A DNA stretch of 49,742 nucleotides from Lenisia limosa (lineage: Eukaryota; Protista; Breviatea), in NCBI GenBank assembly GCA_001655205.1, contig LPNZ01002753.1, forward strand, positions 1 to 49,742. The letters run 5' to 3'. The notes below the pieces were generated by a model. That model ran no database searches. It was not told the DNA's origin and saw nothing but the letters and a program-made list of their open reading frames with translations. Below, piece by piece: positions 13,301 through 24,936 of this stretch (positions are counted from its first letter, which is position 1; every line of letters begins with the position of its first letter). A program made the translations under genes and the position numbers.

Positions 13301-13690
13301 AGTAATGTGAAAAAAGAAACAACATAGTATTAACTTGCTTCAAACAAGAAGCGGTTTGTACCAAAAAACAATAGTAATAATAAGATAACAGCTACACCGT
13401 TTAACTGTACAAAAATACATAAAATGGTGAGTTTTTTTTTATTCATCCCACAACTCACAAATGACCGTTATTCGATTCAGACCAATACGGGGAATGAGGA
13501 TGATTAGGGCGAGAAAAACCAACATTCAATGTTATGAACCGAGGAGGATATGAACTTGCTGTAGAGACCTGTACCAACCTTTCGTCTTTCCCTGGGGAGA
13601 GGAGGCTGAGGTGCTGTCTTCCTTTAATGTCTCAGTTAAGCTTTTATCAAAGCTCTGCATTTTAGCAGAGAGCTTACTAAACCACGACAT
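7303..13690 (-). CDS. TMF1: TATA element modulatory factor 1 / golgin (Sgm1/GC5 family)
   Basis: N-terminus MSWFSKLSAKMQSFDKSL, then an ~1 kb Glu/Asp-rich exon (11755-12774) and many coiled-coil exons. The C-terminus LDATLILLGEAEDQIEDLTLDISDLRDTYKTQILTL matches the TMF C-terminal motif. Confidence 0.85.
8974..9032 (-). repeat. Intronic repeat family A, copy 3 (truncated by N gap)
   Basis: gacaacacacgagggttgataacaaaacaaacaaagtccaggccagtcgcttcgt lies in a TMF1 intron and matches copy 2. Confidence 0.8.
9773..9845. repeat. 37-bp tandem duplication spanning a TMF1 splice acceptor
   Basis: ttcaataagcttggatggttacaaacaaaatggcca starts at 9773 and again at 9810. Confidence 0.9.
10021..10099. repeat. 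22-bp tandem repeat (about 3.6 units) containing a TMF1 splice donor
   Basis: Unit ctactcaccattacaggtcacc at 10021, 10043, 10065 and partially at 10087. On the minus strand each unit contains aatg|gtgagtag. Confidence 0.9.
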
Positions 13691-13980
13691 TGTCACAGAA
13701 CTGAATGCGAACTATGGGTGAACAGAACTCCAGGACTATTTTCCCTCTTTACTCTTCATGAAGTACTTCTATATTATAAAAATAACTTAATTACCTCATA
13801 AAGGTCTTTGTTTGCCTGGAATGGAAAAATGGAAACAATAAAAGAGGAAAGGTGGGAACTGGGGGACCGATAATCCTTAGCTAGTATTAAACCCTTGAAA
13901 TTGTTTTTGCCACAAAAGAGATAAGCCTGAGATTAGCAGCCAGCGCAGCAGCACACGCAGAGGAGAAGGAACCACTTGAA

Positions 13981-15851
13981 ATGAAAAATCTAAGTACTTT
14001 GGCTCTGGTCTTCCTGGTCACCTTTGCTTCCAGCTTTGTGATGGATAATACTGGAAAGGTGAGAAGGACCGAATTAAGAGAAAAAGAGTATTCCTTAGGT
14101 GGTGGTGGTGCTTCACAACTCTCATAATTGCTATATTATGACTTCTTTAGGTGGCCGAATTAACCGTTCAAAGTCTTGTTGCTGAAAATATTACTGCTTC
14201 CGTGATAAACAATGACCATGTTGGAGGGGGGTCGTATTTTCTCTTGAGTTGACATATATTATAACGAGCTCAATAAACATTGTTGTCTTGAAAAATTTAT
14301 ATTTCAAGCAATACATCTCACTGTCTGTAGATTGACCACCTCACGGCCGAAGTTGCAGCTCTCAACACAAGGTATGTGCGTTGTTTTACCATTTTAATAT
14401 GATATCTACTTTGGTTGCATACTGCATGCCGTTTAAGTGATTTACCAAGAGGTTCTGTTGTCTAAATGTTCATTGATTTCACCTCTATCCTTGATTAATT
14501 ACTTCTTTAGAGTGGCTGATCTTGAAGGTTTCCTTAATTCGAATATGACCACTTTCTTAGAAAACCTGAAACGCACCTATTCCTGTGAATAGTAGGGTGG
14601 AGTGCCAGCTTTGTCAATAATTGTCGTTATATTTAAATAGAATTTGGAAATGATACAATGAAGTAATAATATACATGACCGGGATAAGTCTTGACCGATT
14701 TTCCATGGGAAACATAGCAAATCGGTCAAGACTTCTCCTGGACAATGTATTATGGCGCCATATTCCTCACTATTAACAGCGCCGCATCCAGCGGCATGTG
14801 TTTGGAGGCCGTCTACAGTACGGTTAATTGGAACACTGCTGCAGCAGACTGTGCCACTCGCGATGTGGGGGGGGGGGGNNNNNNNNNNNNNNNNNNNNNN
14901 NNNNNNNNNNNNNNNNNNNNNNNNNNNNNNNNNNNNNNNNNNNNNNNNNNNNNNNNNNACGTCAAACATTATCTTACATATAGTATATATACATACTATA
15001 TGTATTTGTGCTACTTTTTCCCTGTCTCTCATGAACTGACTGTGTAGTCGCACCTCTTCATTCCACGGACATACGCAGATGTCGAGTATCTTATCAGCAC
15101 ATTTTCATTCACCAGCACGCAGGTGCATATCGGCATAAATGACTTAGAAACCGCGGTGAGAACGAGCGTTTTATTTTAACACAGGAACCCATATTCTTGA
15201 ATGCAAGACTGCATCTTGTATCTTATTTTCCCCCATCCATTGTTATCCCTTTAGAAAACCTGGAAGACTGTTGACGGGGACCTCTTTTGGGATGAAACAG
15301 CACGAACATTCTATGGCGATTTTGTCGGGAAAGGCATGTTGTATGCAGGGAAGGGAGCAACCTTAAAAGCTTGTATACACTCTCATTGGTCACGAATGGA
15401 AAGAATCCACGACTTTTTTTGAATTGATTGGACTGTGATGGATGGGATAACATGTCATAATCATCAATACCACACACATACTGACACATCTCCATTTATT
15501 CACTATTTCAGTTTTGGAACCGGGCGTCCTGATACTGTCACTCAGGTGGGGGGGGGGGNNNNNNNNNNNNNNNNNNNNNNNNNNNNNNNNNNNNNNNNNN
15601 NNNNNNNNNNNNNNNNNNNNTTACCATCTAGCATTGTGGTACGCTTGTTCTAGATGATAAAGGGTTCAACGACTTCCCCTGCGACAGCCTGCCGTGAGGG
15701 GGGGTAAGGCATATGATATACAGATTGACATAGGATGATTAGGTAGCTAAATGTGTGTCGTCTGTCTTTCCCATCACATGTGTATGACGTTGGGTGTTTC
15801 TCACATTTCAGCAACAACAACTACGTTTGCGAGGCGAACTCGTTGGTATAA
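13981..15851 (+). CDS. Secreted C-type lectin domain protein (signal peptide, coiled-coil neck, CTLD)
   Basis: Signal MKNLSTLALVFLVTFASS and neck IDHLTAEVAALNTRVADLEG. CTLD motifs: MCLEAVYSTVNWNTAAADC, VHIGINDLE, GRPD, CGTLVLDDKGFNDFPCD, YVCEANSLV-stop. Confidence 0.8.
14671..14750. other. Intronic inverted repeat / hairpin
   Basis: aagtcttgaccgattt and aaatcggtcaagactt form a perfect 16-bp stem with a 17-nt loop. The stem extends imperfectly to about 30 bp (atacat...atgtat). Confidence 0.8.
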
Positions 15852-16117
15852 GCCTTCTATTCCGCATTTGTTATGTATTTATATTTAAATAATTGTCCTG
15901 ATCCCAACTTCTCTAAATAGGATTTCCTGAAACGCAACTTTACATTATTTTCCATCAACATTTTCACCATACCAATGACCATAAAACCTCAAGTCAAATA
16001 CAAATACAATTCTACAACAGAGCTTGCGTCTACAATACGTGAGACGATTTCCACTGAAATGAGTTTTTCAACAGACCAGCTTCATACCTAAACGCCAGAA
16101 TACAGAAAGCAAAAGGA

Positions 16118-19100
16118 TCACGGGCTGAAATCAGACTCCAAGTCAAAGTCGGATGTCACACTGTCGTCTGAGAACTCCGAGAACGATACTGATGCTACGG
16201 GGGGNNNNNNNNNNNNNNNNNNNNNNNNNNNNNNNNNNNNNNNNNNNNNNNNNNNNNNNNNNCTCCCCCACCCAGCCTTCAACTACATATTCCCTCCAGG
16301 AAATGAGAAATACTCGAAGATCCACCCTCCTCCAAAGCCCAACAACCACGCCTCACCGTCAGTTGCCGCGTCGGAGGCGTCACTACTGTCTGAATCGGAT
16401 TCGACGTAGTCGACTTCATCCTCCAAAAAGTCCTGGGGCGGTGAAGGGAATTCACAGCGTTTTGTCCAATGAGACCCCCAAAAACCTGTTCCTTTTGCTG
16501 ATTCGCGAAGTTGATCCAGCTCTGGGGGTCCTCACGGCCCGGGTTGGCGCCACGCCCGCCTGGTACCAGGGCCCTGGGGGGCATGCTGGCTCCAAGTGTC
16601 TTCTTTTTAACATCCTCTGGGGTCAGAGGGAAACAAAATTATCTAATACAGAGTACAAAAGGCGGTAAGGTGGACAATATCATCCTCAGGTCTGCGGCTC
16701 TGTGAATGAACCAGCCTACATTCCCAAGTTTATCGCAAAGTTTCCTAGCAAGAACACCGTAGTGAACTAATCCTACAGCGTCAAACAAACATATGAAATC
16801 ACATTAAGAAAAACATATCTGTACTTTGAGGAATTTGTTCAAAGACATGATAAATCATCTCATCGACTTCGAATACCTAGTAATATGCTTACCCAGAGAC
16901 TCAAGCGATGCTGCTAAAAGCGGCCCCGTGACTGTTGTTTGGCCTTAAGGCATCAGAAATTTAATCAAACTGTTCATCAGGATTTCAACCTGCTCTATCC
17001 AATCAAATTGAAAACAAAGCAATCTATTGAATCTTTACCACAGTATTCACCCCACCCGACATAGCACGACCTGCTTACCATTCTGGCCGTTAGCGAGTTC
17101 GACCGCCGTGTCCATAAGGACGTGACCAAACTCCACGCCTATGAGCCCTAAAAGCAGACCAGTTTCCTGGGGGGGGGGGGGAANNNNNNNNNNNNNNNNN
17201 NNNNNNNNNNNNNNNNNNNNNNNNNNNNNNNNNNNNNNNNNNNNNNNNNNNNNNNNNNAAATAGAGACTGGGAGGTGGAGGGTTGCTGGTAAGGTTCCAA
17301 ACAAACCCTGGACATTTTAATTCGACAATCGGGTGGCAGGAACTTCTTAAAGATCTTTCGGATCTTGGTTTGAGGAATATACTCCTGAAGGGGTGTAAAG
17401 AAGGACAACAGATTCATATGATGCCAAAGAATAAAACCAACCAAGTTAATGTGATTAAATAATACACTGAAATAAGAAGCCTGGAAGGAATAAAAGAAAC
17501 AATCACCATATGCTTGAGAAGCTTTAAATAATAAAACATATAGAGCCCTCTAACCAGTAGTGGAGGAGCTTTCTGTCCTTTCCTAATTTTAGTACGTGGT
17601 TTGATCGGTTTCGGCAGAGGTGCTGTTGAGGGCGTATTCAATGGGGTCTGAATGGGTGAACACAAAATAGGAACATGATATAGCACAAATGCTAAGAACA
17701 ATCGGAGGAGAGCGGAATCTGCAAAATCAAACCCCTGTCCCTCAACAACAAAACAAGAAATAAGATGAGATTACACAAAAGAGAAAAGTACACGGAAGCC
17801 ATCTCCATCTCCTGATAGTAGGCCAGCCAACACATCTTTCCTGACAAAATACCATACCATTCTATGCGGAGTTGTAGCATGCGGCCCCATGGGTTCCACT
17901 GTCGACAAAGGAGTTCCCATGTTGGTGACTAAACATGTTAATGGAGAACATGTTATGAAACTGTACTGGAAAGATATTTGATGTAAACAGGAAAACCAAG
18001 CTGTAAGAAGCTATTCACGCAATAATTGACTTACAATATAAATTTCAGAAAGCAACAGACCCATTGAGGGTGAGCCGTACCTGAGGGAGGTCTAACGGTC
18101 TTCTGCGGCGGCCGCATTTGGGCTTCAAAAGGGTTCGCCTGTGGGGGTGAAAGAGAAACTTATCATGTGAAACGATAATCCATGAGATAAAGAAAACAAC
18201 CAAAATATAAATTCAAATCAATTCAAATCAATCAAAAGAAGGAGGTTTCAATCCCCAACCTTTGTAAGCCTTTGTGGGCGTTTTTCAACACTTTGTTGTC
18301 GGGACAATGGGGTGACTAAGATGTTAAAGTCGTTGATGGTGCATGGGTATCAAAACCGCCAAAGGCTCCAACAACAAACACACAAGACATGATAGATTAG
18401 AGAATGATGTGATTTCTAATCACAGGATAGTTTTCCACAAGATACTTCCTGTAAAACACCATGTGGGAAGCGGAAAAGTTTCAACACAGAAAACTATTCC
18501 AAAGAGACCAAAACCAATATCAAATGATTACAAAGGAAGAGACACAAATACGAGAAGCCATAATATTACCTGCCGGGGAGACTTGTGTCAAAATGTCAAG
18601 CGGCATGACCTCTCCTGGTTCAACTAGACTGTGAATTGAGAGGATAGTTGAACATGAGATAATGTTTAACCTTTATAGAAATGAAAATCATTCTTTAAAA
18701 GAATTAAGAGGAAACTGATATTTTCCATTCCAAATTTTATGTTATGTCCACACTGCCCACCTGATGTGTTCTGAAGCGGCGTGCCGGCACCGGGGGTTCT
18801 TGGCGTTCGGGGTTCGCTGTTCAGGGGCGATTGCTGGCTCATATGGGGGGACTGGCAAAGAAAATTGTGTGAGAGAGTACAGAAGGGGGCTGTTGCGGAT
18901 ATTCTGCTGATAAAACAATGGTAGATAGGACGCAATGATAAATTCCAACCCACTCACCTGCAACATTGGTGACCGCGAGGGTGAAACAAAGTCTCGGGCG
19001 GATTTTGCAGGGGAAGTAAATCCTAAGATGAATCAATATATTTTTGACAGGATAACATGTAATCAATTTTGGAAGGATGTAACGGGACCCTTTTGTTGTA

Positions 19101-22068
19101 AATATTCACCTGGTGTTGAGAGAGCTCGTTTTGTCGGCGTATTTGGAATGGCACTAGTCTGTTTACGGGGGGTAACGGCCTGGAAAGATAAGCCAAATGA
19201 ATAGCACTGCAAGTTGCCGTGGAATTGTGTGAAAAAAAGAGTAACAGTAAGAGTAATATAATCTGACAAGTGAACCCCTAAATCAAATTTCAGCTCTACT
19301 CAAAACTCTGCAATAAGTTATTGATGCTGCTAACAGAGGATAACAATTAAAGAGTGATATATATCATAGTATATGAGACATATTGCACCAATAATACTAC
19401 ACTGAAATGACGGACGAACCTGGACAGAACTTCGGGGTGCTGATAACCTGGGGGTGGCATTCGGGGTACCTAAGTTGTCAACTACCCAAAAATGAATATC
19501 ATATAGCAATATCATATATTACAGTATAATATATCATATACTATAATATGTATATACTATATATATATGTGTAGCTTTCGTCAATTTTTATAACCTGAGA
19601 AAAGCAGAGAAGTGAACACTGTATATTATATCATATACTAATATAATATATAGTACATAATCTTGAAAGTATCAAGGTAAGCATTGTATATACTATACAA
19701 ACCTTGGAGGCTTGGAACGTTTGGTGTCACACTAGTCTCCCCCTGCATGTTGGGTGTGATTCGACCTGGCGTTCGTTGTTGCGGCCTTGGTGGGTGGTTC
19801 AGGGCAGGTGAAGGGTTATCTAGCGCCTAAAACAATTAAAGCAGTTACCAAAACTATACTTAATCAATAAGTTAGCCCTACTGTCAGTCGATTTGGAGTG
19901 ACAGGAAATTGCTGGATGTTGGGGCTCAAACCAGGGGTCATCATCGGGGTGTTCTGAAGGTTTCCTGTGGCATCAAGAAGACACATTGGGGGTGATATTT
20001 CAAACCTATTACATATCATATCATATTATGATATCAAACAAGAAAACACAACTACCATTGTGTGACACATACGAATGGAGACTTACCATGGATATTAGGT
20101 GTACTCATGAGATTGGGGGCGTGACTGCCAGTAGGTTCGAAGTTCTGTGAAAATCAATACAAGAATATTCTCAATAAGCAAGGATATATGAAACGTGTGC
20201 ATGAACCCAGTTCAACTACTGCCAATGCTAACATCAGTTTTTCTTTCAGCCGTGGGGTTTACAACAACAATGAAGAGTTTTCACATAAACAATGTGCTTT
20301 TAGTATATAAGATATGATATGATATTTACATCACATCTTATATGCATATTATATGTAATATCAATGATATATGATAGTACATGTACGTTATATAGAATGA
20401 TAAGCTGTTTGTGGGTAACTACTATGTTCTATGCATATAAAATGTTAGGTGAGTATCTTAAATATATTCATCTCCAAGACTAGTGCGCCTACCGTTGCTG
20501 AAGGCGTGTTAGGATATGGGCTGTTCAGGGTGTCCTGCAGAGACCATCGCTCGGCTGACTACTTGGTTACGTTGCTATGACCATTTCTGTTATGGTTCGT
20601 TCACATAACCGTAAAGTGCTGAAAAGTAGTAATACCCCCCCCCCNNNNNNNNNNNNNNNNNNNNNNNNNNNNNNNNNNNNNNNNNNNNNNNNNNNNNNNN
20701 NNNNNNNNNNNNNNNNNNNNNNNNNNNNNNNNNNNNNNNNNNNNNNNNNNNNNNNNNNNNNNNNNNGGGGCTGTTTATGCCTACAAGTCAGATTTTAATG
20801 TGGAGATAACATGTCAATACTATCCTATGTACATATCATATAGTATATAGTAGCTAGTATATATATGCATAGCTATATATATTATATATCATATAACATA
20901 TTATAATAATATGAAACAGGGTATACTATATCATATGTATTATATATTATATAATATCTGATCGAAGCCATATCATACCAGGGATGTGGAAAGGGCTTCC
21001 TTGCGGTGATTCCATTGGAACTTGATGCACCTAAAATGATCACACAACAGGTCTTACAGTATATTTGATACAATTCCCCATAATACTGCAGTCAGTTGGC
21101 ATAATCAATCAAAATTATGCACGGTCAACAATAAGGCTAATTTTACTTCAGTCCAAGTAAAATGAATCCCTTCAAACTTGGGTAAGATTCGAGAAATTAG
21201 GCAGCATTGGAGTCCACTCCTAAAAATGTTAATATATGTATAATATATTGATTATGTATATAATATACTATATTACACAAAGAGATGGTCATCCAAGGTT
21301 ATGTTCATTGACTACAGTGGGTTTACAGCCTGTGTTGACAAATCTTTCAATTTGTTTCACGGTTGATTCCATGAAAGATACTGATTGGCTTCACTTCGTT
21401 CAAAAGGTCATGATCAAGCCAAGTTCTGTAATTCTCTTTCATTGGGCAAAAACCCATGTACTATTTCAAAATAGCTGCTTCGAAAATAGTACAACAAAAC
21501 ACTCACTAACGTTAGGCGACGGGATAGAGGGGACAGCTGACGGGGTGCCAAATATATTTGGTCTGGATACATGAAAACAATTCTTGATTCCCATTCATCC
21601 GTTTCTACTTCCCCCATACGTATCGGGTTTGAGCGCAGAGAGATAGTTGTAACTTTCGAGATCGTCCTATATTCGGTTAGGTTCTTTTCAATAAGAGACA
21701 TGGTCACAGACCCAGTTAACCCATGCTTACTCCTTCCCTCGGAAACTGAAGATTTGGAGACGGGAAAGGCACACCCTCGGGTGGGGACGCTGACAAATGG
21801 GGTGTGGAACCGTCATTGCCAAAATTGAAGAACTCATCCCTGCAAAACATAAAGATAAAAGACTGATATTGCTACAATAGAATGCCACCGATGTAATTCA
21901 TCTTTAAAAGTTATTTTCAATGTCAATACACAATCCGCTTCCCACCATTTATCCTGTTCATTGTCACCACCAAGTGCCCTGAGATGTTATAATAGTAACG
22001 TAAAGGAGGTGAAAGAGGAAGCGAAATAGAAGAAAGAAAATTTTGCCTACTCACCTAATTAACACCAT
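16118..22068 (-). CDS. Histone-fold protein (NF-YB/Dr1/POLE3-like) with long Ser/Thr/Pro-rich N-terminal region and acidic tail; may be two genes
   Basis: Exons at 16770-17405 splice in frame to EYIPQTKIRKIFKKFLPPDCRIKMSRETGLLLGLIGVEFGHVLMDTAVELANGQNGQTTVTGPLLAASLESLGLVHY. More than ten upstream TP/SP-rich exons follow on the same strand; the tail is DEVDYVESDSDSSD...DFSP-stop. Confidence 0.6.
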
Positions 22069-22370
22069 CGCATCAATAAATCAAAAAAGAAAATAGTACT
22101 GGGAAAAGAAGCAAATTTGAATCACATAATCACATTGCCATCCTCACTGATCTGACATTCTTGAAGGAAAGGTGAGTACTGGAATAAGTCGATACTTCTA
22201 TGCTGTTTTAATAGATTTCTTCTTCATCATCATTACTGATTCCTTCCCTTCTCCAAGCACAAAAAAAAACCATTATGGACAACAAATGTGTCGTTTTCGG
22301 ATCAGTTCTTCTTAAAACTAATTTAAAAAGTAAAAAGGGAAGATGTGGTTTGACAAATTAAGGTTAGAGG

Positions 22371-22393
22371 GAAAGAGAGAGAGAGAGAGAGAG
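22371..22393. repeat. (GA)n microsatellite
   Basis: Run of GA dinucleotides upstream of the DUF445 start. Confidence 0.85.
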
Positions 22394-22490
22394 AGGCAAG
22401 AAAAGGTAGTCTTCGCGGCCGTAAATTGCTGCTGTATTCAATTTTTGAAATCCACTGATTTCTCTTTTAAACACGAGTTACTGTCTCAAA

Positions 22491-24767
22491 ATGACGCAGA
22501 ACGAGGAAAAAGCCGAACTCAAGTCCACGACCCCCGAAGAAACCTCTCCTGAAGAAGTTGAAATGGAAGTTAAAAGCCCTGTAGCTGAGGAAAATGAAGC
22601 TGAGATCCCAGCTGACAATGCCAGTGGCCAAAAGGCCGAAGAAACTACCGCCAAATCTGAGCCTCTCCCTGATGTGGAGAAGGCTGAAGCTGCCCCTCTG
22701 CCAACACTTTCAACTATGGATTTCCTGAATGTATGTTTTTAACTTGGTGGACTGAGTAACTTTGCAGCCTCCTGAGGAATCGGGCTGCTATGGCCGTGTT
22801 CTCAAGCCTTACATCAACAAAGGTAATCAAAAGATGAGGGCCATCTGGCGATTTCCTTTGATTAACCAAAATAGGCTCCGTTTCCAACTTCCTCACCTTC
22901 ACTGTCATGGTTGCCGCTATCGCTATCCGCGAATACGGCGATGAAAGTAAGCTGACGGGGATGTAAGAATGGAATGGCAAATTCCTTTGATCTCTCCTGA
23001 CTTTTGAACTCACTCCCAACGTATCACTTGGTTTTGGATACACGGGATAGGTCGTCCACCTGTCTATCACACACTATTTCTTTTGTACCCACATATACTT
23101 AAATCCAATGCAGACTAAATTTAGATGATAAAGTTATGCAATACCTTCCTCCCAGCATTCTCCTGTGTTGCCTTGTTCTATTCGGTGTTTGAAATGTTCA
23201 TGACTGCTAACACTTTTAATATAGTACCTNNNNNNNNNNNNNNNNNNNNNNNNNNNNNNNNNNNNNNNNNNNNNNNNNNNNNNNNNNNNNNNNNNNNNNN
23301 NNNNNNNNNNNNNNNNNNNNNNNNNNNNNNNNNNNNNNNNACCCCAGGAGGCACATTCTTTGCCTACGTCCTGGCATTTGGCCTCTTCGGGTTTGCAGGT
23401 GGAATCACCAATTGGCTTGCCGTCAAAATGCTTTTCGACAGAGTGCCTCTTCTCTACGGATCCGGTGGGATTTGTTTCTTCTTTATTTCTGTAAATGTTC
23501 ACGCTTTTGTAATGATTCATACTTATTTTTGTAGGTGTTATTCCTCGCCAATTCAAGCAGATTAGACAGACCGTTAAGGTAAGTTATGACTTCTCAATCC
23601 GCCTTGTGCTTATTTTCGTGTTTATTAAGTGAATGAAACAGCCCCTGTTTTGATGTGTTACATTTCAGGACGTTCTCCTTGCTACCTTCTTCGACCCTGC
23701 CTTCCTCGAGGCCTACATTTCTTCCCAGTCCAGAACCATGCTCACAACTATTGACTTCAGTGGGAAGGGTTTTTTTTTTGAGAAACACATTGGCTGACAT
23801 AGAATATCATAACTAAAAGGATACGGAATTAAGACACCTGTGTGTGTGTGTGTTTGTGAATAGTAATCTCCAATCTGGTCGAACAATTCACCTCTATCAA
23901 GCTTCTTTTCTTTTTGACGCGCCCCCTCCCCCAAAACTGACCTCCACAGACGGAAAGCTCCAAACTCTGATCGCTTCCGAATCCTTTGACAAACTCCTTC
24001 ACGAGAACCTTGTCAAGCTTGCTGAATCACCTGAGGTGGGGGGGGGGGGGNNNNNNNNNNNNNNNNNNNNNNNNNNNNNNNNNNNNNNNNNNNNNNNNNN
24101 NNNNNNNNNNNNNNNNNNNNNNNNNNNNNNNNNNNNNNNNNNNNNNNNNNNNNNNNNNNATCACCTCCTATTTGTTTGTCCTCACCATGAAGGGTCTTTT
24201 CCTTGGCATGATTGGCCTGACCCCTGATTCTCTCAAGCCCATTATCAAACCCTTCATTGCCAACTCCGGAGCTGATATGGTTCCTCTTGTGGGGGGGGGG
24301 GGNNNNNNNNNNGTAAGCAATGTCAGCAAACTTACGCTCTTAGCTCATTAACAACTTCGACCCCCTTGCCTTTGTGTCTGTGCATAAGGTCCGTGAAGAA
24401 GTCGACAACATGATGACTGTCAAACTCGAGGAGCTCACTGTATGCTCGCCCGGGGTTTGGGATCGGGATTATTAAAGGAAGAACTTATGGGAAACATTCA
24501 GATACGAGAGATATTGGCACACCTTGAGAGATCATGGCCTTTTTTTCTCATACCTGTAGCCCGAGATTGTGAAGCGTCTTTTGGAAGTTGTGATGAGAGA
24601 ACACCTTGGCTGGCTCATTGTCTGGGGTAATGTTTTCGGTGGAATGATCGGCCTTGTGTCTAAGGTGGGTTGGGTGTTGATGGAGATGAGGTGATACTTC
24701 AATTTTATTTCTTTGTGGTGTTGTCATGTTTTTATATTCTCTCACACTTCAGTTTGCCGGCTACTAA
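22491..24767 (+). CDS. DUF445-family membrane protein
   Basis: GLFGFAGGITNWLAVKMLFDRVPLLYGSGVIPRQF at the N-terminal TM and MREHLGWLIVWGNVFGGMIGLV at the C-terminus are DUF445 hallmark segments. An acidic N-terminal extension precedes them. Confidence 0.82.
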
Positions 24768-24936
24768 AGTGTTAGGTAGTGTGTATTAATGTCAATATAT
24801 CAATGTGTTCCATCGATTCAGACCATCATCTCATGTTTTATGATGATTTCATATTTTAAGTGGAATCTCTTACTTGAATCACTCCCAATAAATTAGGTAA
24901 GAAGAAAGAATATATAACCAAAAGTTCCGAGTAGAT

